From contig NC_003902.1 in assembly GCF_000007145.1 (NCBI RefSeq), positions 1,357,436 to 1,389,435 on the forward strand: a DNA stretch of 32,000 nt. The letters run 5' to 3'. Shown here one piece after another: positions 8,216 to 16,338 of the stretch; positions within the stretch are counted from its first letter, which is position 1; each line of letters begins with the position of its first letter. Origin of the DNA: Xanthomonas campestris pv. campestris str. ATCC 33913 (GTDB taxonomy: Bacteria; Pseudomonadota; Gammaproteobacteria; Xanthomonadales; Xanthomonadaceae). The notes beneath the pieces are model-generated. The model searched no databases and was not told the origin of the DNA. It saw only the letters and a program-made list of their open reading frames with translations. A program made the translations under genes and the position numbers.

Positions 8216-9316
8216 TCAGCTGCGCTTGCCGTAACGTGCCAGCCAATGTGCGTAGGACGGCGGCAGCACCCGCGATGGGCGTTCTTCGCCCAGCGCCAAC
8301 GCGGCGTGATACGGCCAGTGCGGGTTGGCCAGATGTGCGCGGCCGACCATCACCAGCTCCATCTGCCCGGCCGCAACCACGCGGTCTGCTTCCAGCGGAT
8401 CGTCGATGTTCCAGGACGAGGCCACCGGCAGCGCGGCCTCGCGGCTCACGCGTTCGGCGATCGGTGCCAGCAGGGCAGGCCCCCACGGAATGACAGCGTT
8501 GGGCGTGCTGAAGCCCATGCTGACGTTGAGCAGATCCAGCCCATCGCGCTTGAAATTGCGGGTCAGTGCGATGGCTTCCTGCAGGGTTTCCTCGTCGCGT
8601 CCGTCGAACTCGATCACGCCGAAACGTGCGGTCAGCGGCAAGTGTTCCGGCCATACCGCGCGCACCGCCTGCAATGTTTCCAACAGAAAACGCGCGCGGT
8701 TTTCGGCGCTGCCGCCATAAGCGTCCTGGCGCTGGTTGGCATGTACGGAGAAGAAGCTCTGTGCCAGATAGCCATGAGCGAAGTGCAGCTCCAGCCACTT
8801 GAAGCCGGCAGCGAGGGCGCGCTTGGCGGCGGCGACAAAATCACCGCGCACGCGGGCGATATCGTCCAGGTCCATTGCACGCGGCAGCTTGGGCAGATTC
8901 GCACCGAACGCGACCGCTGACGGCGACAGCGTGTCCCAGCCGCGCGCATCGCCGTCGGCGATATGGTCGTCGCCTTCCCACGGCAGATTGGCGCTGGCCT
9001 TGCGCCCGGCATGGCCGATCTGTATACCGGGCACGGCGCCCGCGGCGCTGATGGAGGCGGCGATGCCTGCGAGTCCTTCGGCCTGGGCGTCATTCCACAG
9101 GCCCAGGCAGCCGGGGGTGATGCGGCCTTCCGGCGACACGCCGGTGGCCTCGACGATCACCAGCCCGGCACCACCGCGCGCCATGCTGGCGTAGTGCACC
9201 TGATGCCAGTCGTTGGTGAAACCGTCGGTGGCGGTGTATTGGCACATCGGTGGGATCGCGATGCGATTACGGAGCGAGACATCCTTGAGCTGATACGGCG
9301 AAAACAGCGATGACAT
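8216..9316 (-). CDS. NADH:flavin oxidoreductase, Old Yellow Enzyme family (YqjM-like class)
   Basis: 366-aa ORF. N-terminus LKDVSLRNRIAIPPMCQYTA..., then HYASMARGGAGLVIVEATGVSPEGRI, GIQIGHAGRKAS, LELHFAHGYLAQSFFS and DAYGGSAENRARFLLE are typical OYE TIM-barrel motifs. Confidence 0.85.
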   Translation of the reverse strand: MSSLFSPYQLKDVSLRNRIAIPPMCQYTATDGFTNDWHQVHYASMARGGAGLVIVEATGVSPEGRITPGCLGLWNDAQAEGLAGIAASISAAGAVPGIQIGHAGRKASANLPWEGDDHIADGDARGWDTLSPSAVAFGANLPKLPRAMDLDDIARVRGDFVAAAKRALAAGFKWLELHFAHGYLAQSFFSVHANQRQDAYGGSAENRARFLLETLQAVRAVWPEHLPLTARFGVIEFDGRDEETLQEAIALTRNFKRDGLDLLNVSMGFSTPNAVIPWGPALLAPIAERVSREAALPVASSWNIDDPLEADRVVAAGQMELVMVGRAHLANPHWPYHAALALGEERPSRVLPPSYAHWLARYGKRS

Positions 9317-9675
9317 CGGGGAGAGAGCCTTGGAAAATCAGGGAGCGATCAGAGCACGCCGCCGCGCGCATCAAAACACTGCCAGTAGCACAGCGCGTTG
9401 CAGCGGCTGAAGGCGCGCAGATCGCCGAGCTAGCAAACTTGATCGAGCGCTGCGGCGCGCGGCGGTGCAGCCACCGATTCGCAGGGCAATGCCGCGAAAC
9501 GCGACCTCAAAACAGTTCCGGCCACACGCAAACCCACGCAACAACGTGCAGCGAACACAGCCGTCACTGTGAGACACCGCCCGACGTGTCCTGACACGCA
9601 GCCCGCAGACCAGATCAGCTCTCTCATTTCGCCAACACGCCCCAGTAGCCACCGCACACATGCAGCGGCAGCCTA

Positions 9676-9787
9676 CGAATCCCGAATCCCGAATCCCGAA
9701 TCCCGAATCCCGAATCCCGAATCGCGAATCGCGAATCGCGAATCGCGAATCGCGAATCCCCATTCCCCATTCCCCATTCCCCATTCC
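9676..9787. repeat. Compound heptanucleotide tandem repeat: (CGAATCC)x6, (CGAATCG)x5, (CGAATCC)x1, (CCATTCC)x4
   Basis: Counted base by base: 16 contiguous 7-bp units with no interruptions. Intergenic, about 210 nt upstream of rsbR (9997) and about 360 nt upstream of the divergent OYE gene (9316). Confidence 0.95.
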
Positions 9788-9996
9788 CGCAGCCGTGGCC
9801 CGGCGCACGTTCAGCGCTCCGGAGCAATGTCAAACTGGCCTGGAGCGATCCAAATGACCGCTACAGGTTCGTGTCTGGTTGGCAAACCTGAATTGCTTTA
9901 ATCTGCAGCGCTTCGGCGTGGGGGCGCCGCGCCAACTCGGGCGCAGTCCAGCTCGCATGCCACGTCATCGTTTACTACTACTCGACGGGTGATCTC

Positions 9997-10839
9997 ATGG
10001 TGGCATTGCAGCAGCGCACGATCGATGCGATTCGTGGCCAGGAAGGCGGCTTGTTGTCGGCATGGCTGGGCTCCAGCCTGACCGCCGATGCGCGCATTTC
10101 GCACAAGGATGCACAGGCGCAGGGCGCCGACTTTCTGCGCTTGCTGGCGGCTTCGTTGAAGGACGGCGGCAGCAGCCTGGACAGTGCCGAATGGAGCGAA
10201 GTGCGCCGGTTCCTGGAGAACCTCTCGCGTGACCGCGCCACCCGTGGTTTCGATTCGCAGGAAACCGCCAACTTCCTCTTCTCGCTCAAGCGCGCGCTGT
10301 TTGAACTGGTGCAGCGCGAATACGCCGATACGCCGGAAGAACTCGGCCACCAGCTGTGGGCGCTGTCCGAGCTGATGGACGCGCTGGGCCTGCACACCAT
10401 CAAGGCGTTCCAGAAAACCCGCGAAGACATCATTGCGCGCCAGCAGGAAGAGATGCTGGAGCTGTCCACCCCGGTGGTGAAGTTGTGGGAAGGCGTGCTG
10501 GCGCTGCCGATGATCGGCACGCTGGATTCGCAGCGCACCCAGGTGGTGATGGAATCGCTGCTGCAGCGCATTGTCGATACCGGTTCGGAAATCGCCATCA
10601 TCGACATCACCGGCGTGCCCACCGTGGACACCCTGGTTGCCCAGCACCTGCTCAAGACCGTTACCGCCATCCGCCTGATGGGCGCCGATGCGATCATCAG
10701 CGGTGTGCGCCCACAGATTGCACAGACCATCGTGCATCTGGGCCTGGACCTGCAGGGCATCGTGACCAAGGCCAACCTGGCCGATGCGTTGGCGTTGGCG
10801 CTCAAGCGCACCGGCGTGACCGTGAGCAAGGCGGGCTGA
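9997..10839 (+). CDS. rsbR: Stressosome scaffold/sensor RsbR: N-terminal non-haem globin-like sensor plus C-terminal STAS
   Basis: 280 aa. STAS region: ELSTPVVKLWEGVLALPMIGTLDSQRTQVVMESLLQRIVDTGSEIAIIDITGVPTVDTLVAQHLLKTV...GADAIISGVRPQIAQTIVHLG. This is the classic RsbR pattern, followed by RsbS and RsbT. Confidence 0.85.
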   Translation: MVALQQRTIDAIRGQEGGLLSAWLGSSLTADARISHKDAQAQGADFLRLLAASLKDGGSSLDSAEWSEVRRFLENLSRDRATRGFDSQETANFLFSLKRALFELVQREYADTPEELGHQLWALSELMDALGLHTIKAFQKTREDIIARQQEEMLELSTPVVKLWEGVLALPMIGTLDSQRTQVVMESLLQRIVDTGSEIAIIDITGVPTVDTLVAQHLLKTVTAIRLMGADAIISGVRPQIAQTIVHLGLDLQGIVTKANLADALALALKRTGVTVSKAG

Positions 10840-10840
10840 C

Positions 10841-11203
10841 ATGGAGCGCATCCCGATCCTGCGGATGGGTGATCTGTTGCTGGTCACCATCCAGGTGGAC
10901 ATGCACGACCAGCTGGCGCTGACCCTGCAGGAAGACCTGTCGGAAAAGATCAGCGCCACCTCTGCGCGCGGCGTGTTGATCGACATCTCCGCGTTGGACA
11001 TCGTCGACTCCTTCATCGGCCGCATGATCAGCACCATCTCCGGGCTGGCGGCGATCATGGATGCCAAGACCGTGGTGGTGGGCATGCAGCCGGCGGTGGC
11101 GATCACGCTGGTTGAGCTGGGGCTGACCCTGCCCACCGTGCGCACCGCCTTGAATGTCGAGCGCGGCATGCGGCTGCTACAGCAACCTGTGCTCGATCCA
11201 TGA
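10841..11203 (+). CDS. rsbS: Stressosome STAS protein RsbS
   Basis: 120 aa, single STAS domain: IPILRMGDLLLVTIQVDMHDQ...GVLIDISALDIVDSFIGRM...VVVGMQPAVAITLVELG. The conserved phosphorylatable Ser lies in the DIVDSF context. It starts 1 nt after the rsbR stop. Confidence 0.85.
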   Translation: MERIPILRMGDLLLVTIQVDMHDQLALTLQEDLSEKISATSARGVLIDISALDIVDSFIGRMISTISGLAAIMDAKTVVVGMQPAVAITLVELGLTLPTVRTALNVERGMRLLQQPVLDP

Positions 11204-11601
11204 GCACGCCGGCTGGCTCGCAACCGGTGCGTACCGAGCAGGACGTGGTGATGGCGCGGCAGACCGTGCGCAAGCTGGTGGTGCAATGCGGCCTGCGCCT
11301 GGTCGACCAGACCAAGCTGGTCACCGCGGCCAGCGAACTGGCGCGCAATACCGTGATCTACGGTGGCGGCGGCGACATGGACTGGGCGCTGGTGGAGAGC
11401 GGCATCCGCAAGGGCGTGCAGCTGACCTTCCGCGACGAAGGCCCGGGCATCCCCAATCTGGACCTGGCGCTGACCGACGGCTGGACCTCCGGCAGCGGCC
11501 TGGGCCTGGGCCTGTCCGGCAGCCGTCGGCTAGTGGACGATTTCGTGCTGGACAGCGCGCCCGGCAAGGGCACGCGGATCACCATCACCAAATGGAAGTG
11601 A
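11200..11601 (+). CDS. rsbT: Stressosome switch Ser/Thr kinase RsbT (GHKL)
   Basis: 133 aa: LVTAASELARNTVIYGGGG...FRDEGPGIPNLDLAL...GSGLGLGLSGSRRLVDDF...GKGTRITITKW. ATGA start/stop overlap with rsbS (11200..11203). Confidence 0.85.
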   Translation: MSTPAGSQPVRTEQDVVMARQTVRKLVVQCGLRLVDQTKLVTAASELARNTVIYGGGGDMDWALVESGIRKGVQLTFRDEGPGIPNLDLALTDGWTSGSGLGLGLSGSRRLVDDFVLDSAPGKGTRITITKWK

Positions 11602-12602
11602 CGTTTGCAGGTGCGCCGACCCGGTCGATTCGTCTAGACGACGCAAGCCAGGTCGGGCAGGCACGCCGCGAAGCGGTGGCCCTGGCGCAGGCATTGGCGC
11701 TGGATGAGGCCAGCTGTGGGCGCGTGGCGCTGGTGGCCACCGAGTTGGCCACCAATGTGCTCAAGCATGGGCGTGGCGGCTGCGTGCAGCTGTCGCCGGT
11801 GGCCGGGCGCGCCGGCGTTGGCGTGGAGTTGTGCACGCTCGACAACGGCCCCGGATTTGCGCTTTCGCAGTGCCTGCGCGATGGCTATTCCACCTCCGGC
11901 ACGCCGGGCACCGGGCTGGGCGCGATCCACCGCCAGGCGCAGCTGCTGGATGCCTATTCCGATGCGAAGGGCGCCATTGTGGTGGCGCGCGTGTTTGCGC
12001 AGCAAGGCGCTGCCCAGGACCTGGCGTACGGCGCGCTGCGTGTGCCGATCCACAACGAAACCGTGTGCGGCGATGCCTGGCATCTGCAGATCCGCGAGGC
12101 GCGTGCCACGGTAACGGTGATCGACGGGCTTGGCCACGGTGCCGGTGCAGCGGAGGCGGCAGACGCCGGCACCCACGCGGCCGCGGCGGCCACCGGCGAG
12201 CCCGGCGAGCGGGTCACGCGCCTGCATGCCGCCATGTCCGGCACGCGTGGCGGCGCGGCAGCGGTGGCGCAGTTCGATAGCCGCAGCGGGCAGGTCCGCT
12301 TTGCCGGCGTGGGCAATATCGCGGCCGCGCTCTGCGACGGCGATGGCGTGCGCGGCATGCCATCGCATCCGGGCATCGTGGGCGTGCAGTTCCGCAAGGC
12401 GCAGCCATTCGATTTTCCACAGGCCACCGGCAAGCTGCTGGTGATGCACAGCGACGGGCTGCAATCGCGCTGGAATCTGCGCGATCATCCGGGTCTGCTG
12501 TCGCGCCATCCGCGCATCATCGCCGCACTGTTGGTGCGCGATCACGACCGCGGCCGCGACGATTGCAGTGTGTTTGTCATGCGCTTGGGAGGCATGTCAT
12601 GA
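11592..12602 (+). CDS. Fused RsbW-like anti-sigma-type kinase domain plus SpoIIE/PP2C phosphatase domain
   Basis: Reading frame of ORF 11154..12602. The ATG at 11592 (or GTG at 11598) overlaps the rsbT stop. N-terminal half: VALVATELATNVLKHGRGG...LDNGPGF...GTGLGAIHRQA (HATPase_c). C-terminal half: CGDAWH...VIDGLGHGAGAAEAA...LLVMHSDGL...RDHDRGRDDCSVFV (PP2C/SpoIIE pattern). Confidence 0.75.
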   Translation: MEVTFAGAPTRSIRLDDASQVGQARREAVALAQALALDEASCGRVALVATELATNVLKHGRGGCVQLSPVAGRAGVGVELCTLDNGPGFALSQCLRDGYSTSGTPGTGLGAIHRQAQLLDAYSDAKGAIVVARVFAQQGAAQDLAYGALRVPIHNETVCGDAWHLQIREARATVTVIDGLGHGAGAAEAADAGTHAAAAATGEPGERVTRLHAAMSGTRGGAAAVAQFDSRSGQVRFAGVGNIAAALCDGDGVRGMPSHPGIVGVQFRKAQPFDFPQATGKLLVMHSDGLQSRWNLRDHPGLLSRHPRIIAALLVRDHDRGRDDCSVFVMRLGGMS

Positions 12603-13477
12603 GTCACGCAAATGAGGTTCCCGCCATCGACGCGATGGCTGAACTGGAGAGCTTGCGCCAGCAGAATCAGGCGCTGCGCGAGGAACTGGACGAAACCAAC
12701 CAGGGCGTGCTGGCGCTGTATGCCGAGCTGGATCAGCAGGCTGAGCAATTGCGCGACGTGTCCGAGCTCAAGAGCCGGTTTCTGTCGTACATGAGCCACG
12801 AATTCCGCACGCCACTGGGCTCGATCCTGAGCATTACCCGGCTGCTGGAAGACGGCATGGATGGCCCGCTCAACGCCGAGCAGCTCAAGCAGGTGCGCTT
12901 TGTCAGCGCGTCCACGCGCGAGCTCAGCGAAATGGTGGACGACCTGCTGGACCTGGCCAAGATCGAAGCCGGGCGGGTCACCATCTCGCCGGGCTGGTTC
13001 GATCTGATGGATCTGTTTGCGGCCTTGCGCGGCATGTTCCGCCCGCTCACCGACGCCAACCGCACCACCTTGATCTTCGAAGATCCGCCGGTGTTGCCGA
13101 TGCTCTACACCGACGACAAGAAGCTGGCGCAGATCCTGCGCAACTTCATTTCCAACGCGCTCAAGTTCACCCCGCAAGGCCATGTGCGCGTGTTCGCGCA
13201 ACTGCAGGGCGACACCCACGTGCGCTTCAGCGTGCAGGACACCGGCATTGGGATCCCGGCCGAACTGCACGACGCGCTGTTCGAGGATTTCGTGCAGGTG
13301 GATTCGCCACTGCAGAAGCGCCTCACCGGCACCGGCCTGGGCCTGTCGATCTGCAAGCGCTTTGCCGAGTTGCTGGGCGGCACCGTGGGCATCAACAGCG
13401 TGGTCGGGCAGGGCTCGGAATTTTTCGTGGTATTGCCGGTGACGCTGGCGCCGCAGCAGGAGGATGGTCTTGCCTAG
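12599..13477 (+). CDS. Soluble histidine kinase with no sensor or TM domain (coiled coil + HisKA + HATPase_c)
   Basis: The ATG at 12599 forms an ATGA overlap with the upstream stop. About 45 aa of coiled coil (ELESLRQQNQALREELDETNQGVLALYAELDQQAEQL) is followed by the H-box SRFLSYMSHEFRTPL, N-box LRNFISNALKFT, and G-boxes DTGIGI / GTGLGLSI. Confidence 0.85.
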   Translation: MSHANEVPAIDAMAELESLRQQNQALREELDETNQGVLALYAELDQQAEQLRDVSELKSRFLSYMSHEFRTPLGSILSITRLLEDGMDGPLNAEQLKQVRFVSASTRELSEMVDDLLDLAKIEAGRVTISPGWFDLMDLFAALRGMFRPLTDANRTTLIFEDPPVLPMLYTDDKKLAQILRNFISNALKFTPQGHVRVFAQLQGDTHVRFSVQDTGIGIPAELHDALFEDFVQVDSPLQKRLTGTGLGLSICKRFAELLGGTVGINSVVGQGSEFFVVLPVTLAPQQEDGLA

Positions 13478-15404
13478 CAGTCATCGGATTCTGGTAGTGG
13501 ACGACAACGCGGTCACCCGCTACTCGGTGCGGCGCGTGCTCGAACACCACCAGTTCGTGGTCGAAGAAGCCGGGACCGGTGGCGAGGGGCTGGTGCGCCT
13601 GGCTGCCGAGGCATTTGCCGCCGTGGTGCTGGACGTCAACCTGCCGGACATGAGCGGCTTCGACATCGTGCGCACGCTGCGCGCCGAGCCGCGTACCGCG
13701 CTGCTGCCGGTGGTGCACGTCTCGGCGGCCTCGATTGCCACCGGTGACATGATCACCGGCCTGGACGCCGGCGCCGATGCCTACCTGATCCATCCGGTCG
13801 ACCCCAACGTGCTGGTCGCCACCTTGCGCACGCTGCTGCGCGCGCGCAATGCCGAAGAAGCGCTGCGGCTCAGCGAGGCGCGCTTTCGCGAAATCTTCGA
13901 GCACATCGGCGCGCCGATCGCGGTGGTCGATGCGCAGCTGCACACGCAGGAGGCCAATGCGGCGTTTCAGCGGCTGATCGGCAGCGCCACCCCATGCGAA
14001 GCGATCAACGTGCCCGGCCTGGACCAGTGCGCCACCGTGCAGGCCTTGACCGCCGCACTGGGCCGGCGCGAGCGCTGGAGCGGGACCTTGTCGATCCTGC
14101 GCGATGGCGCGGTGCGCGAGACCGAATGGCGGGTGTCGCCGTACCGCGAACCGGACCTGGGCCTGCTGTTTGTCGAAGACGTCACCGAGCAACGCCTGCG
14201 CGAGCGCGAGCAACGCCAGGAACTGGATACCGCCACCTCCGAGCTGGCGCATCAGATTGCCGAGCGCCAACGCACCGAAATCCAGCTGCTGCAGGCGCAA
14301 AAGATGGAAGCGCTGGGCAAGCTCACCGGCGGCATCGCGCACGACTTCAACAACCTGCTCACCAGCATCATTTCCGGCCTGGACATGATCCAGCTGGCGG
14401 TGGAATCCAACCGCATCGAACGCGTGCCACGGCTGGCGGAAATCGCCACCGGCTCGGCGCATCGCGCTGCTGCGCTGACCCAGCGCATGCTGGCGTTTGC
14501 ACGCAAGCAGTCGCTGGATGCGCAGCCGTTCGACGTCAATGCGCGGGTGCGCTCGCTGGAAGACATGCTGCGCCGTTCGATCGGCGAAAACATCGCACTG
14601 GAACTGCAGCTGGCGGAGGCGCCACTGGTGGCCATCGCCGATGCCAATCAACTGGAAAACGTGGTGCTCAACCTGGTCATCAACGCACGCGATGCGCTGC
14701 AGGGCCACGGCACCATCCGCATCCAGAGCGCGCCGCACACCGCCTACAACGACCCGGAGCTGGAGGACGGCGACTATGTCGCGGTGAACGTGATCGACGA
14801 CGGCAGCGGCATCGATCCGGCGATCCTGAGCCAGGTGTTCGAGCCGTTCTTCACCACCAAACCGATCGGCGAGGGCACCGGGCTGGGCTTGTCGATGACC
14901 TACGGGTTTGCGCGCCAGTCCGGCGGCACCGCACGCATCACCAGCACGCTGGGTAGCGGCACCACGGTGGCCTTGTTGTTGCCGCGCGGGCTGACCGTGG
15001 GCGAGGCATTGCCACCGCCGCCGCCGAATGCGCCGCGTGGGCGCTCGCAGCGCATCCTGCTGGTGGACGACACCGATGTGGTGCGCATGATGGTGAGCGA
15101 GGTGCTCAGCGATGCCGGGTACCACGTGATCGAGGCCGAAAACGCCGATGGCGCGCTGGCGCAGCTGCGCGCCGATGCACAGATCGACATGGTGGTGTCC
15201 GATGTCGGCCTGCCCGGCATGAACGGGCGCGACATGGCCGATGTGGCGCGTGATCTGCGCCCCGGGTTGCCGATCCTGTTCATCACCGGCTACGCCGAAA
15301 ATGCGGCCACCCGGCAGGAATTCCTCGCCGAAGGCATGGCGTTGCTGCCCAAGCCCTTCAGCCTCAACGACCTGCTCAATACCGTCAGCCGCATGCTGGG
15401 CTGA
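13464..15404 (+). CDS. Hybrid REC-PAS-HisKA-HATPase_c-REC sensor kinase/response regulator
   Basis: 646 aa. The ATG at 13464 is preceded by GCAGGAGG and overlaps the upstream gene by 14 nt. N-terminal REC: RILVVDDN...VVLDVNLPDMSGFD...YLIHPV. H-box: LGKLTGGIAHDFNNLL. ATPase: VINARDAL...DDGSGI...GTGLGLSM. C-terminal REC: RILLVDD...MVVSDVGLPGMNG...LLPKPF. Confidence 0.88.
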   Translation: MVLPSSHRILVVDDNAVTRYSVRRVLEHHQFVVEEAGTGGEGLVRLAAEAFAAVVLDVNLPDMSGFDIVRTLRAEPRTALLPVVHVSAASIATGDMITGLDAGADAYLIHPVDPNVLVATLRTLLRARNAEEALRLSEARFREIFEHIGAPIAVVDAQLHTQEANAAFQRLIGSATPCEAINVPGLDQCATVQALTAALGRRERWSGTLSILRDGAVRETEWRVSPYREPDLGLLFVEDVTEQRLREREQRQELDTATSELAHQIAERQRTEIQLLQAQKMEALGKLTGGIAHDFNNLLTSIISGLDMIQLAVESNRIERVPRLAEIATGSAHRAAALTQRMLAFARKQSLDAQPFDVNARVRSLEDMLRRSIGENIALELQLAEAPLVAIADANQLENVVLNLVINARDALQGHGTIRIQSAPHTAYNDPELEDGDYVAVNVIDDGSGIDPAILSQVFEPFFTTKPIGEGTGLGLSMTYGFARQSGGTARITSTLGSGTTVALLLPRGLTVGEALPPPPPNAPRGRSQRILLVDDTDVVRMMVSEVLSDAGYHVIEAENADGALAQLRADAQIDMVVSDVGLPGMNGRDMADVARDLRPGLPILFITGYAENAATRQEFLAEGMALLPKPFSLNDLLNTVSRMLG

Positions 15405-15487
15405 CGGCTGCACAGCGCTGCGTGCGCGGAGGAATTTTTCGCACCTCCATACCCGCGCCGAGAACGGCAGCGCGCCGGAACCACAGC

Positions 15488-15490
15488 TTA
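15488..15490. repeat. Left copy of the 3-bp target-site duplication (TTA) of the IS element
   Basis: TTA lies immediately outside IRL. An identical TTA lies immediately outside IRR at 16339..16341. Confidence 0.75.
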
Positions 15491-16338
15491 GAACCTGTTC
15501 ACGATCTTTCCTGATCAGTGCAGACTATGCGGATGCGCCAAAAGACCTATCCAAGTGACATGAGCCGGGAGCAGTTCGAACACGTGCTGCCGATTCTGGA
15601 ACAAGCGCGTAAGCGCACCAAGCCACGCCGTGTGGATATGTATGAGGTGTGGTGCGCAGTGTTGTACTTGCTGCGAACCGGTTGCCAATGGCGAGCGCTA
15701 CCCAGCGACTTTCCAAAGTGGCGGACCGTGCACTCGTACTTTGCCAAGTGGAGCGAGTGCAACGATGAGGGAGTGAGCCTGCTGGAGCAGGCACTTAAAA
15801 AATCAGGTTGGCGTGGTCCGCGCCAGACAGGAGCGCAACGCCTGCAGCAGGTTCTTGATCGTGGACGCGCAGAGCGTAAAGAACACCGACACAGCAGGGC
15901 AAAAGGGATATGACGCGGGCAAGAAGGTGTCGGGCATCAAGCGGCATATCGCTGTTGATACTCAGGGATTGCCCCATGCAATCGCGGTGACGACGGCGGA
16001 GGTGACCGACCGCAAAGGTGCGCTGCAGGCGTTGGAGCGCTGCCAGTCAAACTTGACGCATGTACAAACCTTACTGTGCGACAGCGGTTACACCGGCGTA
16101 CGGTTTGCCGACGGCGTGCGAGAGATTTAGGCGAGCAGCTCACGGTGCAGATTGCCAAGCGCAGCGAACTGCACACCTTCAAGGTCATGCCCAAGCGATG
16201 GATCGTCGAGCGTAGTTTTGCTTGGCTGGAGAAGAACCGAAGGCTATGGAAGAACTGCGAGCGCAAACTCAACACCAGCCTGCAGTTCATCCATTTGGCC
16301 TTCTTGGCACTATTACTCAGAAGATCGTGAACAGGTTC
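15491..16338 (+). mobile_element. IS5-family insertion sequence (IS427/IS1031-like size class), 848 bp, perfect 18-bp terminal inverted repeats
   Basis: IRL is GAACCTGTTCACGATCTT (15491..15508). IRR is AAGATCGTGAACAGGTTC (16321..16338). They are exact reverse complements. The element is flanked by TTA direct repeats and contains DDE_Tnp_1-type transposase coding sequence. Confidence 0.9.
15527..16330 (+). pseudogene. IS5-family DDE transposase split over three reading frames (orfA 15527..15913, middle 15813..16130, C-terminal 16076..16330)
   Basis: Part A: MRMRQKTYPSDMSREQFEHVLPILEQ...LLRTGCQWRALPSDFPKWRTVHSYFAKW. Middle: FLIVDAQSVKNTDTAGQKGYDAGKKVSGIKRHIAVDTQGLPHAI...LLCDSGYTG. C-terminal: FKVMPKRWIVERSFAWLEKNRRLWKNCERK. 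The frame changes lie at an A6 run (15797..15802) and a T3 run (16126..16128). The catalytic D, D residues are in the middle part and the E (VERSF) is in the last part. Confidence 0.8.

Noticed and set aside
7967-8920. 317-aa plus-strand ORF spanning the gene-free region and running antisense into the OYE gene
   Set aside because: Most of it is antisense to a strongly supported OYE gene. It has no motifs and a shadow-ORF composition.
9676-9787. Whether the short tandem repeats here or at 20708..20797 could be a CRISPR array
   Set aside because: The units are contiguous with no spacers, at 7 bp and 18 bp long. No cas genes are present. These are micro- or minisatellites, not CRISPR.
9879-9896. 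Sigma-54-like motif TTGGCAAACCTGAATTGC upstream of rsbR
   Set aside because: The GG and GC dinucleotides are 14 nt apart (first G to G), against 12 nt in the TGGCAC-N5-TTGCW consensus. No enhancer-binding protein gene is nearby. The spacing is too wrong to call.
15405-15487. Possible terminator GGAGG-AATTTTTCGCA-CCTCC after the hybrid kinase operon
   Set aside because: It has only a 5-bp stem with an 11-nt loop and no U-tract, which is too weak to call.
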